DNA of 63,385 nt from a virus (Duplodnaviria > Caudoviricetes): positions 1 through 63,385 of the IMG/VR virus record IMGVR_UViG_3300037751_000116. One strand, written 5' to 3'. Shown here piece after piece: positions 53,784-63,385 of this stretch. Numbering within the stretch: the stretch's first letter is position 1; each line of letters starts with the position of its first letter. The notes under the pieces were generated by a model. That model did not search any database and was not told the DNA's origin. It saw nothing but the letters and a program-made list of their open reading frames with translations. Made by a program: the position numbers and the translations under genes.

Positions 53784-56399
53784 ATGGCGGTATCATATGT
53801 CGAACAAGCGATACTAAGGGTCAAGGATCAGTCTACGAAGCCGATCAAAAAGATCAACCGTGAACTGACAAAAATGTTTAGAGTGGCTAAACAGGGCCGC
53901 TCTATCCCGATAAAATTTACTGGTCTGGAGTCGGCGGAACGACGTTTGAAAAGCATCACGGCGACTATCCGTAAGATGCCTCGTAGCAAGGTTATTTCGG
54001 TTCGCCTCAGTGATACCAACGTCAAGAGCTTCAACGCAACTCTTAAGCGCCTAGCCGCGCGCAAACCTATTGTTATTAGGATTAGCGCCACCGGCACCCA
54101 AGGGGTCATTGATAAGCTATCCCGGATTGACCGCCTAATGACTAAGCTCCGTATGGGGGTCAGAGTTCCGGTTGGTTCAGTAGGCGGGGTTGCAGGACTT
54201 CGCGGGGGCGGGGTAGGTCCACGGGCTGGTGGTCCGGGCGGCGCTCTGGGTGCTTTGAGTACCACCCCCTTCCCCGGTAATATCCCGACAGCGTTTAATA
54301 TCGCTGCGGCTTATATGACCGTGCGGGCGGCGGAGATCACCGCTAGAACCGCAGTCAGGGCAGCGGTTACCGCGCAGTCGACAGAGACCAAAACGGAGCT
54401 TATTGTTAGCGATCCGGGGGTCCGCGAAGAGTTGCAGAACCTGGCCAAAGAAACGGTGAAACTGAATGACCAAATCACCATTTCCCGCGCTGAAGAAATT
54501 GGTCGCGATCTATATATCACTGGTTTCCGTGGCAATGTTCTGACCGGGTTGACCCCGACCATTGCGGGTCTGGAGTCAGCGGCGATTGGTATCAATCCAG
54601 AGCGGGCGTCAGACATCACCTTGTTGGCTAACAAGATGGGTAACCTCGCCGCGGTTACCGAGGACTTAGAGCGCGCCCAAATACTTGCCACTGGTATCTA
54701 TAAGGCTGCGATTGTGCAGGGCGAAACTTTCAGCGCCCCCAGTCTTATCAGCGCCTTGCGTATTGGCGGGGTAGCTCAAACAATCGACGATAACGCAACC
54801 GTGAGAATTGCGGCCTCAGTCGACGAGCTAGGCCGTAGTACCGGCGTTGGACTACAGCGTCTTAACAAAATTCTGACTATTCCCCTAGACCAAGCTGGTG
54901 CGGGCGGCGGGGTTGCTAAAGGGGTCGTGGAGAGCCTTATAAAAGCCGGTATACGTGGCGAAAATGGCCTGACCCGAGAGAACCAAGAACTTCTCTCTCT
55001 GGACCCGCTACGGTTCGTAGAGGAAGTCATTGGTGGAATAGTTCGAGCGCAAGGTCTTGACCCTAGAACCGTAGAGGATCGGTCCGAGGTATCCAAACTA
55101 CTTACCCAAATGGGTTTTTCTACTACCTCTCTCAGGTTGGTTCTTAACGAACTAGCCGCTGGCAGCGAACGTGACCGCGCTCTTGAATTGGTATCAACTG
55201 TTGATCCGGCTGCGGTTGCTATAGCCGCGGTGGATGATCTCGGGTTTCAACTAAAGAACCTGACGAAGCAGTTTCAATCGTTCAGCGCTGAAGCTCTGAC
55301 TCCTACGTTTGAAGCGTTGGCACCAGTAGCTAAAAGACTAGCCGACATCCTTAAGGAGTTGGCACTCGCTGAAGGTCCCGGCGCGCAGCTTAAGCGGCTA
55401 GGGTTCGCCGCCGGTGTAGCTGCGTCGGCTCTGGCCTTGATCAAAGGTACAGGGAGCCTTCTTAACCGCCTAAATCCTCTCAACCGATCCGCCATAGCCC
55501 TAACGGGGGCCGCTACCCAACTCGATCTAGCCGCCGCAGCATTGCAGCGGTCAGCGGGGGCGGGCATAGCCGGGGGTCAGGTCGGCCCCCGTAGGGGCGG
55601 CGCTCCTCTTGGTGGAACCCGTGGTCTTGGGGTTACCGGTATGATGGGTTTCACCGCTGTCGGTGCCGCGGTTGGGCTAGCGACCACTGATCCCAATAAT
55701 ACCAACGCCGCATTTGCTGCGGCCACCGCGAAGCTGGATACTGCCGCAGATAAGTTTATTGGTTCCGACTTTTTCGGTGGCGCTGCTAAAAGTCGCGCCG
55801 ATCTGGAACAGAGGGCACGGGAGGGCGAGGTATCTAGCTTCACCCGTATCTTGCACTCGTTCTTGGGAGCTACGCCGGGAGGGCTACCCGCTGACCAAAG
55901 CGTTGGTGCGAAAGTGGCTAGTATAGAGGCTGGTCAGGATCGTAATAACAAGCAAATCCAAACCCTAGTAGCGGCGCTAACCGCTGCGGAACAGAGGGTG
56001 TCAGATTTCGGGTTGAACGATCCCCGACGGAAAGGGGCGGTCGAAGAACGCGACGAGCTTACCGATCGTCTGTCAGCGTTTGGCGATCCTGTTAGACTTA
56101 CTGCGGCTCTATCGGAGTCAGCCCCCGGTCTAACCGATCCTCTTAAGCTCACTTTCGCCGACGCTGGTACCAACCTCTTGCAAACGTTCTCTGACGGTGG
56201 AGTGGAGCTAGGGGCGGCGGTTGACGATAGCGCTGCCCGGTTCGGTCCTCTGGTTGGTGAGACCCTTTTGGGCTTTGCCGATCTTATGGGTCAACGTATT
56301 GGACAGATGGCGGCTCAATCCCTGTCAGGGGTTACCGTCAACGCCCGCGCCCCCGACGTGGGGCCACGCCTAGAAACCGGCACCCAGTTGCCGCGCTAA
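53784..56399 (+). CDS. Tape measure protein
   Basis: 871 aa, Ala/Gly/Leu-rich, helical; synteny. Confidence 0.85.
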   Translation: MAVSYVEQAILRVKDQSTKPIKKINRELTKMFRVAKQGRSIPIKFTGLESAERRLKSITATIRKMPRSKVISVRLSDTNVKSFNATLKRLAARKPIVIRISATGTQGVIDKLSRIDRLMTKLRMGVRVPVGSVGGVAGLRGGGVGPRAGGPGGALGALSTTPFPGNIPTAFNIAAAYMTVRAAEITARTAVRAAVTAQSTETKTELIVSDPGVREELQNLAKETVKLNDQITISRAEEIGRDLYITGFRGNVLTGLTPTIAGLESAAIGINPERASDITLLANKMGNLAAVTEDLERAQILATGIYKAAIVQGETFSAPSLISALRIGGVAQTIDDNATVRIAASVDELGRSTGVGLQRLNKILTIPLDQAGAGGGVAKGVVESLIKAGIRGENGLTRENQELLSLDPLRFVEEVIGGIVRAQGLDPRTVEDRSEVSKLLTQMGFSTTSLRLVLNELAAGSERDRALELVSTVDPAAVAIAAVDDLGFQLKNLTKQFQSFSAEALTPTFEALAPVAKRLADILKELALAEGPGAQLKRLGFAAGVAASALALIKGTGSLLNRLNPLNRSAIALTGAATQLDLAAAALQRSAGAGIAGGQVGPRRGGAPLGGTRGLGVTGMMGFTAVGAAVGLATTDPNNTNAAFAAATAKLDTAADKFIGSDFFGGAAKSRADLEQRAREGEVSSFTRILHSFLGATPGGLPADQSVGAKVASIEAGQDRNNKQIQTLVAALTAAEQRVSDFGLNDPRRKGAVEERDELTDRLSAFGDPVRLTAALSESAPGLTDPLKLTFADAGTNLLQTFSDGGVELGAAVDDSAARFGPLVGETLLGFADLMGQRIGQMAAQSLSGVTVNARAPDVGPRLETGTQLPR

Positions 56400-56412
56400 G
56401 GATCACTTAACC

Positions 56413-57600
56413 ATGGCTGAGTCCTGCTACCAACCGCAATACCTGCCCGGCAGTTTCAAGCTTGTTCCGTTCAAAGCGATTGAAGCTACGTCAGAGCATG
56501 GACGGCGCGGGGCTGAGGGTGAGTTTCCGTTCGGCGAACAAACCGGATATGCTGACCTCGGTCGGCGTATCCGCACCTATACGATTTCCGCTCGCTTCGA
56601 CAGTAACGACCATATACTGGAGGCTGCGGCGCTTATCGCTGCGGTGGAATTGCCGGGAGCCGGGCCGCTGGTGCATCCCACGCGAGGGGTCATCCTTTCC
56701 GCCGCTTGCCGCTCGCTGCGGGTCCGTGATCGTGTTGAGGACGAGCAAGGCGTAACCTACGTCGATATGGAGTTCGTGGAGGCTAACAACTGGCCTAATG
56801 GGCTTTCCCTCGTGGGGCAGTTGCTCGGTCTCTTGATCAACCCTGTTATCGCGAGTTCTGAGGCTTCGTTCAGTAGCCGCTACCGCCCTGAGACTATCCA
56901 GTCATTTCGTGAGGTGGCGGTTGTGGATGCTGCACAGGTTCAGGTCCAAGCCGTCACTGACGCCTACTCGCTGGCGACGACCGACAAGCCGAACGATACC
57001 ACCCGGAACAGGATCATAAGCGATCTGCAAGCAGTCGTCGTGAACGATGATCTAGCGCGGGATACCGATACGATGCGCCGTGCCCTGACTCTAGGCATGA
57101 CCGCGGTTTCGAGAGAACTCGACGCCCCGGATCAGTACTCGGTATTTCGTTCAATCGCTAACGGGGCGGCTCGTTCAAGCACATTCAGAGCGCCCGCGTC
57201 GGATGCTGAAAACGCTATCTACAGTCACGTCCGCACGGTGGCCGCTGCCTATATGGCTAGGGGGGTTCTCGATACCGATGATCTGAACACTGGCGAAATC
57301 TTTGCGCGTGGCGATGTGATCGAAACCGTAATACAAGGGGAAATGGACTATGCCCGACAAGCGTGTGAAAATGATCTATACTACCAACTCTCAGGTTTCA
57401 GGATTGAAGTTGCCGCGCAGCTTGCTCGCAAAGCATACGCTTCACCTGGTCTTATCCAGTACGATTTCGGCGGGGGAGTCCACCCGCTCGTCGCGGCGTA
57501 TTCAGTCTACGGCGACGCGAAAAGGCACCGGGAACTCGAAAACCTGAACGCGATTGATCGTTACGGGCGGTTCCGCAGAGAAGTGGTAGCGAGAGCATGA
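56413..57600 (+). CDS. Mu N-like DNA circularization / tube initiator protein
   Basis: GSFKLVPF, GRR...EFPF, DLGR, GPLVHPTRG, FVEA. Confidence 0.85.
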   Translation: MAESCYQPQYLPGSFKLVPFKAIEATSEHGRRGAEGEFPFGEQTGYADLGRRIRTYTISARFDSNDHILEAAALIAAVELPGAGPLVHPTRGVILSAACRSLRVRDRVEDEQGVTYVDMEFVEANNWPNGLSLVGQLLGLLINPVIASSEASFSSRYRPETIQSFREVAVVDAAQVQVQAVTDAYSLATTDKPNDTTRNRIISDLQAVVVNDDLARDTDTMRRALTLGMTAVSRELDAPDQYSVFRSIANGAARSSTFRAPASDAENAIYSHVRTVAAAYMARGVLDTDDLNTGEIFARGDVIETVIQGEMDYARQACENDLYYQLSGFRIEVAAQLARKAYASPGLIQYDFGGGVHPLVAAYSVYGDAKRHRELENLNAIDRYGRFRREVVARA

Positions 57601-58904
57601 GTGTAGCCGTTTTCATAGACCGTCAGGAGCTAATCGGTTATACCGACCTGCGGCTCACCCGTTCCAAAAACGAGACCACAGGAGAACTGTCGATTTCGAT
57701 TTTCATGGGCTGGTTTCCTTCAGAACCAGTAATGGGTGAGGTGGTGCGGGGCCAAGAGGTTTTAGTTTACTTTGGCCGTCAGTTGGCGTTCAGCGGCATA
57801 ATCGACCGTAGGAGGGATACGGGCGACCGTTCAGGAGAGCCGGGCACTCAGAGAGGCCAGCAAGGAAACGTGAGTGATCCTAGCATAGGTCCCAACCAAT
57901 ATACCGTCCGCCTGACCTGCCGTGGCAAGACCAAGTTTCTGGTCGATAGTAGTCACCAGCACACCACAGCTACGATCTTGAATACCACCAACCGGGAAGT
58001 TTTCGAGGAACTAATAAAGCCGTGGGATATTCCGCTGCAGTGGGAAGCGGCGGTAACCAAACTGGAGCGGGTCCGCCTTCGTGATGGTGCAATGGTAACC
58101 GACGAGTTACAGCGGGTTGCTGAAATGACCGGCCTCTATTTCTACGAGACCCGCGACGGCAGTCTTAAGGTCGTCGATGGCCCCGAAACCGAACAGGGTG
58201 AGGCGCTGGTACTGGGTACGAATATCCTGAGCTTTAGCACTGACCAAGCGGGCGATAAAGAACGCAGCGAGGTGAAAGTTAAGGGTCAGAAAAATAAACC
58301 CACAGACTGGGGTGAGGCTGCGGTTCTACCGACTTTCAAAAATGCGGCGGATACCTCGGTTCCAAATTATAGCCCGATCAACGTCCAGCTATACGGCGAC
58401 GCCACCGACGAGCTTTTGACCAAGAGAATTGACTACGAGGTTAATAAGCGTTCATCTGACAGCAAGAAAATATCTCTTGAAGTATTCAACGTTTTGCAAA
58501 CCGACGGCACTCACTGGGATATAGGGAAGGTTCATTACGTGGAAATCCCCCCGGCTGGAGTCGTGGGTAATTTCGAGGTAGAACAGATCACCTATACCGT
58601 CGACAATGATAAAACTTTGAAAACCTCTCTGACCCTATCGCCCTTGCCGATCAAAACGGCCGCTCCAGCGGCGCAAGGCGGCGCTCTGGGCGCGCTAGAG
58701 GCTCTTGGCGGGGGGATGCCCACGGGGGCCGGTAGGGCGGCTTCCTTGGGCGTCGGAGCGCTTGCGCAAAGCTGGAGCGGACCCACTCTAGGGGCGGTGC
58801 TTTCTCGGGTGGTAGATTTTCTGGGTGGCGAGGGCTTGGACTCCGTCGAGGACGCCGCTAAGACCTCGCCGCCTCTGACACTGCCAAGGGATATAAACCG
58901 ATGA
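57597..58904 (+). CDS. Baseplate hub (Mu gp44-like)
   Basis: GIID, RGKTKFLVDSS, LVLGTNILS, RSEVKVKGQ. Confidence 0.82.
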   Translation: MSVAVFIDRQELIGYTDLRLTRSKNETTGELSISIFMGWFPSEPVMGEVVRGQEVLVYFGRQLAFSGIIDRRRDTGDRSGEPGTQRGQQGNVSDPSIGPNQYTVRLTCRGKTKFLVDSSHQHTTATILNTTNREVFEELIKPWDIPLQWEAAVTKLERVRLRDGAMVTDELQRVAEMTGLYFYETRDGSLKVVDGPETEQGEALVLGTNILSFSTDQAGDKERSEVKVKGQKNKPTDWGEAAVLPTFKNAADTSVPNYSPINVQLYGDATDELLTKRIDYEVNKRSSDSKKISLEVFNVLQTDGTHWDIGKVHYVEIPPAGVVGNFEVEQITYTVDNDKTLKTSLTLSPLPIKTAAPAAQGGALGALEALGGGMPTGAGRAASLGVGALAQSWSGPTLGAVLSRVVDFLGGEGLDSVEDAAKTSPPLTLPRDINR

Positions 58905-59497
58905 CCGACTTCGCCACCTTTCGTTCGCGCACCCGCGACCTTCAAGACCAGAACGAGCGTGGCGTGTGGGGCGTCCGTCAGGAAGTTCCCGGCGCTGGTG
59001 CCATGATGAGTGTGCGTGGTACCGAAACCTTGGACGAAGAACTACCAATCATGAATTTTGGTTATAGCTTCAATCTGGCCGCTAACAGCAACGCTGAAGT
59101 GATCATGATGAGTCTTGGTAGCGACGTCGACGCCAAGGTGGCAATCCCTACCCTTCCCCGCGATATACAGCACCAATGGGCTGAGGGTACCGGCGGGGTT
59201 CAATCACCTACTGATCCTGAACGACGACTCGAATACAACGACAATGAAACTTGGCTTAAGGACGGGAACTATAAGCTAGGTAACAACAAAGAAGTCGAGG
59301 TTACCGTTGATGGCGGCACCGTGACCATCAACATCACCGGCGGCGCGAATATCAACAGTAGCGGCGACATGGTGATTTCAGCGCCTAGCGTCGAGATCAC
59401 CAGCGCGGCGCTTACGCATAACGGGACCAACGTGGGCGACACCCATGTTCACGGCGGCGTTGAAAGTGGACCCTCAAATACGACAGGACCTCAGTAA
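58901..59497 (+). CDS. Baseplate spike (Mu gp45-like)
   Basis: C-terminal HNGTNVGDTHVHGGV (HxH metal tip). Confidence 0.88.
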   Translation: MTDFATFRSRTRDLQDQNERGVWGVRQEVPGAGAMMSVRGTETLDEELPIMNFGYSFNLAANSNAEVIMMSLGSDVDAKVAIPTLPRDIQHQWAEGTGGVQSPTDPERRLEYNDNETWLKDGNYKLGNNKEVEVTVDGGTVTINITGGANINSSGDMVISAPSVEITSAALTHNGTNVGDTHVHGGVESGPSNTTGPQ

Positions 59498-60636
59498 TGC
59501 CTATTATTTGCGAAGACCTGCCAGATGGAGTTACCGCTTCATGGGGAACATGGACTGGAGCGCTGATCAATAGTATATCTCAGTTCGCCTCTAAAGGCAT
59601 AACCGTAGAGCCGCAGGTAAATCGGTACTTGACACAGGTGATGTTTCAAAGGTCGGGGTCAGCGTCTCTAGGACATGCGATCTCTCTCGTAGTGGTTGAG
59701 CTGTCAGAGGTAAACCCGGGAACAATAATCGACGTAATCGTACCGATTAATGTTGTCTCTGTAATTGATCCACCCGACGGGCAGATATATACTTTGCCGG
59801 TTCCGGTTCTTATGGAGTCGGGAAAGATTTACGGAGTTATATTCGTTAGAACCGACGGCGCTAATAACAGCGCTTTGGTTATATCCTTTCCGGGCGGCAT
59901 AACCCCCAACCCCGACCCTAATGGATACTTTATCCTAAGTGGCGCAATCCGGTATTTGTCTAACAATCCATCCCTTGGTCAAAACGTATTCTTCTCTCCG
60001 GCGGAAACCGATACCGTCGATCTGGTAATCTATAGTGAGGGAGTGGACGAGGTATGCGAAAATACTGACCCCGACCCTTCTAACCCCGACCCGGTATCTG
60101 TTTGCGGAGTTCCCCCTGTAGGACGTCGGCGGCTGTTCTGGTCGACTCAGTCCGAAAGCTGCGGCCTCCGTAGGTCTTGCGGCGCGGAGTGCGGTGAACC
60201 CGGCTTGGGGGTGGAGGCGGGTACCGAAGGCGCAACCATCAGTACCGATAACTGGCTTCGCGGGTTGATGGCAAATATGCTAATGACCGACGCTCGCCTG
60301 CCCGATAATCCATGCGGCTACCGCCCCGGCTCGCAAGGCGGTCATTGGTCGGAAAGCTACATCGACAATGGCCCGCAGGTCGTCGGTACCTTGATGCGGA
60401 CAGTCGAACCGCAAGCCCGGGTTCAAGATGTGGTAAATCTGCTAAAGCAGTACGCACAGATCACCTTACAGAGATTGGTGGCTAGAGGGGCCGCGTTGGC
60501 GGTTGACGTTGACGCTTTCTACGAGGGTAGCAACATTTTCAGGATCGACGCCACAATCACCGGCGTCGATAATCAACAAACCAATGTGTCGGTATCCGGC
60601 GCGCGGTTGTCAAACTCGTGGGTATGGGAACAATAA
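59497..60636 (+). CDS. Baseplate wedge / sheath initiator (Mu gp46-like) with extra N-terminal domain
   Basis: LMTDAR, GGHWSESY, GTLM in the C-terminal half. Confidence 0.7.
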   Translation: MPIICEDLPDGVTASWGTWTGALINSISQFASKGITVEPQVNRYLTQVMFQRSGSASLGHAISLVVVELSEVNPGTIIDVIVPINVVSVIDPPDGQIYTLPVPVLMESGKIYGVIFVRTDGANNSALVISFPGGITPNPDPNGYFILSGAIRYLSNNPSLGQNVFFSPAETDTVDLVIYSEGVDEVCENTDPDPSNPDPVSVCGVPPVGRRRLFWSTQSESCGLRRSCGAECGEPGLGVEAGTEGATISTDNWLRGLMANMLMTDARLPDNPCGYRPGSQGGHWSESYIDNGPQVVGTLMRTVEPQARVQDVVNLLKQYAQITLQRLVARGAALAVDVDAFYEGSNIFRIDATITGVDNQQTNVSVSGARLSNSWVWEQ

Positions 60637-60638
60637 AA

Positions 60639-61910
60639 ATGGCTTGCAATATAGAACGTCCGACCCCGCAAGAGCTATTCGACCGCTACCGGAACCTGTT
60701 TCAAAATACTGTGCTTGGTGGCGCTAGCGTGATCCCGGAAAGCAACGAGTGGTACGCTATCAGCGTTAACTATGCGATGGCTGAAGAGTTCTACGCTATC
60801 TCAGAACAGGCATGGAAAGAACGCGACCCTCGTCAGGCGTGCTGTGACAACCTGATTGCTATGGGCGCTCGTGACGGGGTCTATCCACTCCCGGCGCAGC
60901 CCGCGCAAGGTTACATCAAGTTAACCGGTGTTGCTAATACCATCCTGCCTACCCCTCTGGAGTTCACAGTGGGCGATCTGCAATACGTGACCGCTCTTGA
61001 CGAAACTCAGCCCGGTTCGCTAGACGATAACGGTTCGGCGGTTATCCGGGTCCGGGCGGTTGTTCCGGGCGAGGCGGGCAACATCACCAACGAGACCACC
61101 GGGACCCTCAATACCGTCGTAGAGGGGGTGGATAGCGAAGTGGAGGTTTGCGGAGGCACCTTCTGTAACGGCTCCGACTCTGAAGAGTGCGAGATTTTCC
61201 GTCAACGGTACCTGCGTCGGTTGCAGGTTCAGCCCCGCGCGACCAACCGCTGGTTACAGGACAAAATGCTTGAATGGCCTTGCGCCACTCGAGCCATCAC
61301 CCGTGGCGGCAACTGCCTTACCTGCAACTGCGAAAGCCCGGCTCCAGTCACCGGTAGCGCAAACGGTTCCTGTCAGGATTGCGGATGCGTCGAGGGTGGC
61401 GGGTCCATGCACTTCTACCTGATGTTTGACAACTCGTTCCCTAATGGGATAGCGCCGCGAAGCGTGCTTGACGAGGTCGAAGAGTGGCTGTTCGGTTCGC
61501 CGCAAGGCTTTGGTCTGGGTCAAGTCGAAATCGGGGTTTGCGGACGGCTGTATTCAGTTACCGGAGTTCCTACCAATGTCCGGGTCGACATTGGGGATTG
61601 CGTATCCTCGGTGGCCCTCTCAAATGCCCGCGCGACCGTTGAAGAGTTCTTTACAACAATGGTACCATCGCAGCCTATTGAGGCGGCGGTTCTGGCAACC
61701 AGCCTGCAACGGGTTTTGGGCGTATCGGATGTCAGCGTCAGCCTTGAACTTGTCGACCCAGAGGATGGTTACGGGCAACCCGACTGCCCGGAATGTGACG
61801 GCAACGTATTCGTATCGCCGTGCGGTATAGAGCCGGATTGTGATTATGTCCTGACCTTGAATGACGTGATCATAACCAGCGCCGTAGCCAGTCAGGGGGG
61901 ATGCCCGTAA
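60639..61910 (+). CDS. Baseplate J-like wedge protein (Mu gp47-like)
   Basis: RPTPQEL, AQGYIKLTG, PGEAGN, GSDSE..E.FRQR. Confidence 0.88.
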   Translation: MACNIERPTPQELFDRYRNLFQNTVLGGASVIPESNEWYAISVNYAMAEEFYAISEQAWKERDPRQACCDNLIAMGARDGVYPLPAQPAQGYIKLTGVANTILPTPLEFTVGDLQYVTALDETQPGSLDDNGSAVIRVRAVVPGEAGNITNETTGTLNTVVEGVDSEVEVCGGTFCNGSDSEECEIFRQRYLRRLQVQPRATNRWLQDKMLEWPCATRAITRGGNCLTCNCESPAPVTGSANGSCQDCGCVEGGGSMHFYLMFDNSFPNGIAPRSVLDEVEEWLFGSPQGFGLGQVEIGVCGRLYSVTGVPTNVRVDIGDCVSSVALSNARATVEEFFTTMVPSQPIEAAVLATSLQRVLGVSDVSVSLELVDPEDGYGQPDCPECDGNVFVSPCGIEPDCDYVLTLNDVIITSAVASQGGCP

Positions 61911-63316
61911 TGTCGACTGCCGAATTTCTATACGTTGGGCAAACGGTCACTCCGGGATTAGATGGCCCGGTACCGGTTGGTACCGTCGCTGACGATGGAT
62001 GTTGCACCGATCCGCTCTGCCTTGATCCGGTCGCAGCGGGTTGCGCTTATATGTCTCTACTACCCGAAGGGCCGATGTGGGATAAGCCACGAGCCAAGCT
62101 GACAGCGCGGCTAGGCGAGTGCGGTGGGTTTCCTGACCCCGACGATCCTTGCTGGCAAGACCCAGACTGCGCCACCATGGCCAGTTATGCGCTCTATATC
62201 GCGCAGGTTCTTGACGATGCGATAACAAATATAATCCAACCTTCAATTCGTGAAGCCTATCCCCATACCGCCGTTTCTACAATGAACGACTGGCTGGAGC
62301 GGTTTGACTGGATTGATTGTTATCGTAGCGCTTGCCGCAGTCGGTACCTTGCTCAATATTCGCCCTACGAAACCCCCGACCCGGAATGTGGCCCCAACGC
62401 CACCCAGTATACCCCGGTGGAGTTTCCCGCTGATTTCGAGAACGCGCTTAAGCACGCTACTCTAATCGCGCTTACCCGGGTGCAGCGCGGGGTCATCCGA
62501 AACCTAGATGGTTTCAACTGGATCATCGCGCCGCTAGGCGCGGTTATGACTCCGATCTATATCGACGAGGTTCAAGATTACCTAGACGGCGACTGCGAGG
62601 TTGCCCCTGATAACAACCCGCCATGCTGGTGCGAGGAAGTGCTGTTCGAGATTTGCCCCGACAATATTGAGGGCACGTTGCCGATGGCTCCCACGGAGGC
62701 CGACTTTTGTGCGGGCAGGCCAACCAGCGCTTTGGTACCGGCGGCACAGGATAACAATGGGGTTCTGATTTTCCCCGGCGTTGCAGTTGCTGAATGTATT
62801 GTGCGGGCGCTCCTGAACCGGAACAGTCCGAATATACTACAGTCCTGCGTGGTAGTAGAACCCGGCGAACCTGTGGTATATGATTTCGCTGAAACCGCGG
62901 TTCTTATTACAGGCGCTGCCACTGGTATCAATGAACAGTTTGCCATTAGCTCGGTTATTCTATCGGGCCGCAGCGATGGCCCTGTGGTTCAGTTCTCTGA
63001 GACCTACTCAATCCTTTATTCCGTCGCTGCGGGTATGGATTTCTCAGAAACGGTTGTCGTTATCGACGATCCTGACGTCCCCGACGAACCTCTTGATTTC
63101 GACTATTCAATATCGTCGTTTATCATAGGCGGCTCACTGGTGGCCACTGGGGTAGGGTATTCGGAGACCTTGGTGGTTATCGACGATCCTGACGTCCCCC
63201 CGCCCGCCGACCCTGTCGATACGGACTTCAGTATTTCGGCGGTGATCATCGGAGGGGCTGAAGGCGGTACCGCTTTCGGCTATACCGAAACCCTCGTGAT
63301 CGTAATTCCCTCTTGA
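61910..63316 (+). CDS. Baseplate wedge protein (Mu gp48-like) with C-terminal strand repeats
   Basis: SLLPEGPMW, EAYP.TA....DW; TAATG coupling to J. Confidence 0.75.
   Translation: MSTAEFLYVGQTVTPGLDGPVPVGTVADDGCCTDPLCLDPVAAGCAYMSLLPEGPMWDKPRAKLTARLGECGGFPDPDDPCWQDPDCATMASYALYIAQVLDDAITNIIQPSIREAYPHTAVSTMNDWLERFDWIDCYRSACRSRYLAQYSPYETPDPECGPNATQYTPVEFPADFENALKHATLIALTRVQRGVIRNLDGFNWIIAPLGAVMTPIYIDEVQDYLDGDCEVAPDNNPPCWCEEVLFEICPDNIEGTLPMAPTEADFCAGRPTSALVPAAQDNNGVLIFPGVAVAECIVRALLNRNSPNILQSCVVVEPGEPVVYDFAETAVLITGAATGINEQFAISSVILSGRSDGPVVQFSETYSILYSVAAGMDFSETVVVIDDPDVPDEPLDFDYSISSFIIGGSLVATGVGYSETLVVIDDPDVPPPADPVDTDFSISAVIIGGAEGGTAFGYTETLVIVIPS
63059..63199 (+). repeat. 24-nt exact direct repeat
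   Basis: gttatcgacgatcctgacgtcccc at 63059-63082 and 63176-63199. Confidence 0.9.
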
Positions 63317-63338
63317 CCCAAAGCTAGGAGCTTAAACA

Positions 63339-63385
63339 ATGTCTATCCTTTTCGTCGGCAGTACCCCGAGTAGCCTTGGCGGCGC
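63339..63385 (+). CDS. 3'-truncated ORF (MSILFVGSTPSSLGG...), probable N-terminus of the 1-906 gene
   Basis: RBS aggag; runs off the window end. Confidence 0.65.
   Translation, partial: MSILFVGSTPSSLGG

Larger units (their letters stand above)
1..63385. mobile_element. Near-complete tailed phage genome (myovirus, HK97-type head, Mu-like baseplate), circularly permuted
   Basis: Terminase, portal, protease, capsid, sheath, tube, tape measure, baseplate, lysis and replication genes all present; no host genes; tail genes continue across the window ends. Confidence 0.97.

Noticed and set aside
62875-63316. Diversity-generating retroelement suggested by repeats in a tail gene
   Set aside because: No reverse transcriptase; the repeats are intragenic and not adenine-specific variants.

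Overview
The window is an essentially complete, circularly permuted ~63.4 kb genome of a tailed dsDNA phage with a contractile tail (myovirus). The host is probably an alphaproteobacterium, inferred from promoter style and virion-gene kinship. No integrase was seen, so it is probably virulent. Layout: (1) 1-3455 (+), tail fibre genes and lysis cassette. (2) 3476-22136 (-), a replication/recombination block (family A DNA polymerase, beta-clamp-like protein, SF2 helicase, Cas4-like exonuclease, RNase H, SSB, Sak4-like ATPase) containing a 7-deazaguanine DNA-modification cluster: queE-queC-[YdjM-like membrane hydrolase]-queF-like-queD-folE-dpdA. (3) 22365-25600 (+), primase and a putative iteron/AT-rich origin. 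(4) 25622-39205 (+), many small early genes ending in a NusG-like gene. (5) 39331-63385 (+), packaging, HK97-type head and Mu-like tail/baseplate genes. The outer virion proteins are strikingly Cys-rich, resembling the disulfide-cross-linked virion described for Agrobacterium phage Milano. Main candidate novelties: a Cys micro-gene cluster between terS and terL, including a small membrane protein with a DsbB-type CxxCxxxR motif (possible phage-encoded disulfide-formation relay); two paralogous unannotated 33-aa Cys peptides; and a deazaguanine cluster with an embedded membrane hydrolase, a QueF-like protein and a QueC lacking its zinc-binding cysteines. All functional calls rest on motifs and synteny read by eye; no database search was run.
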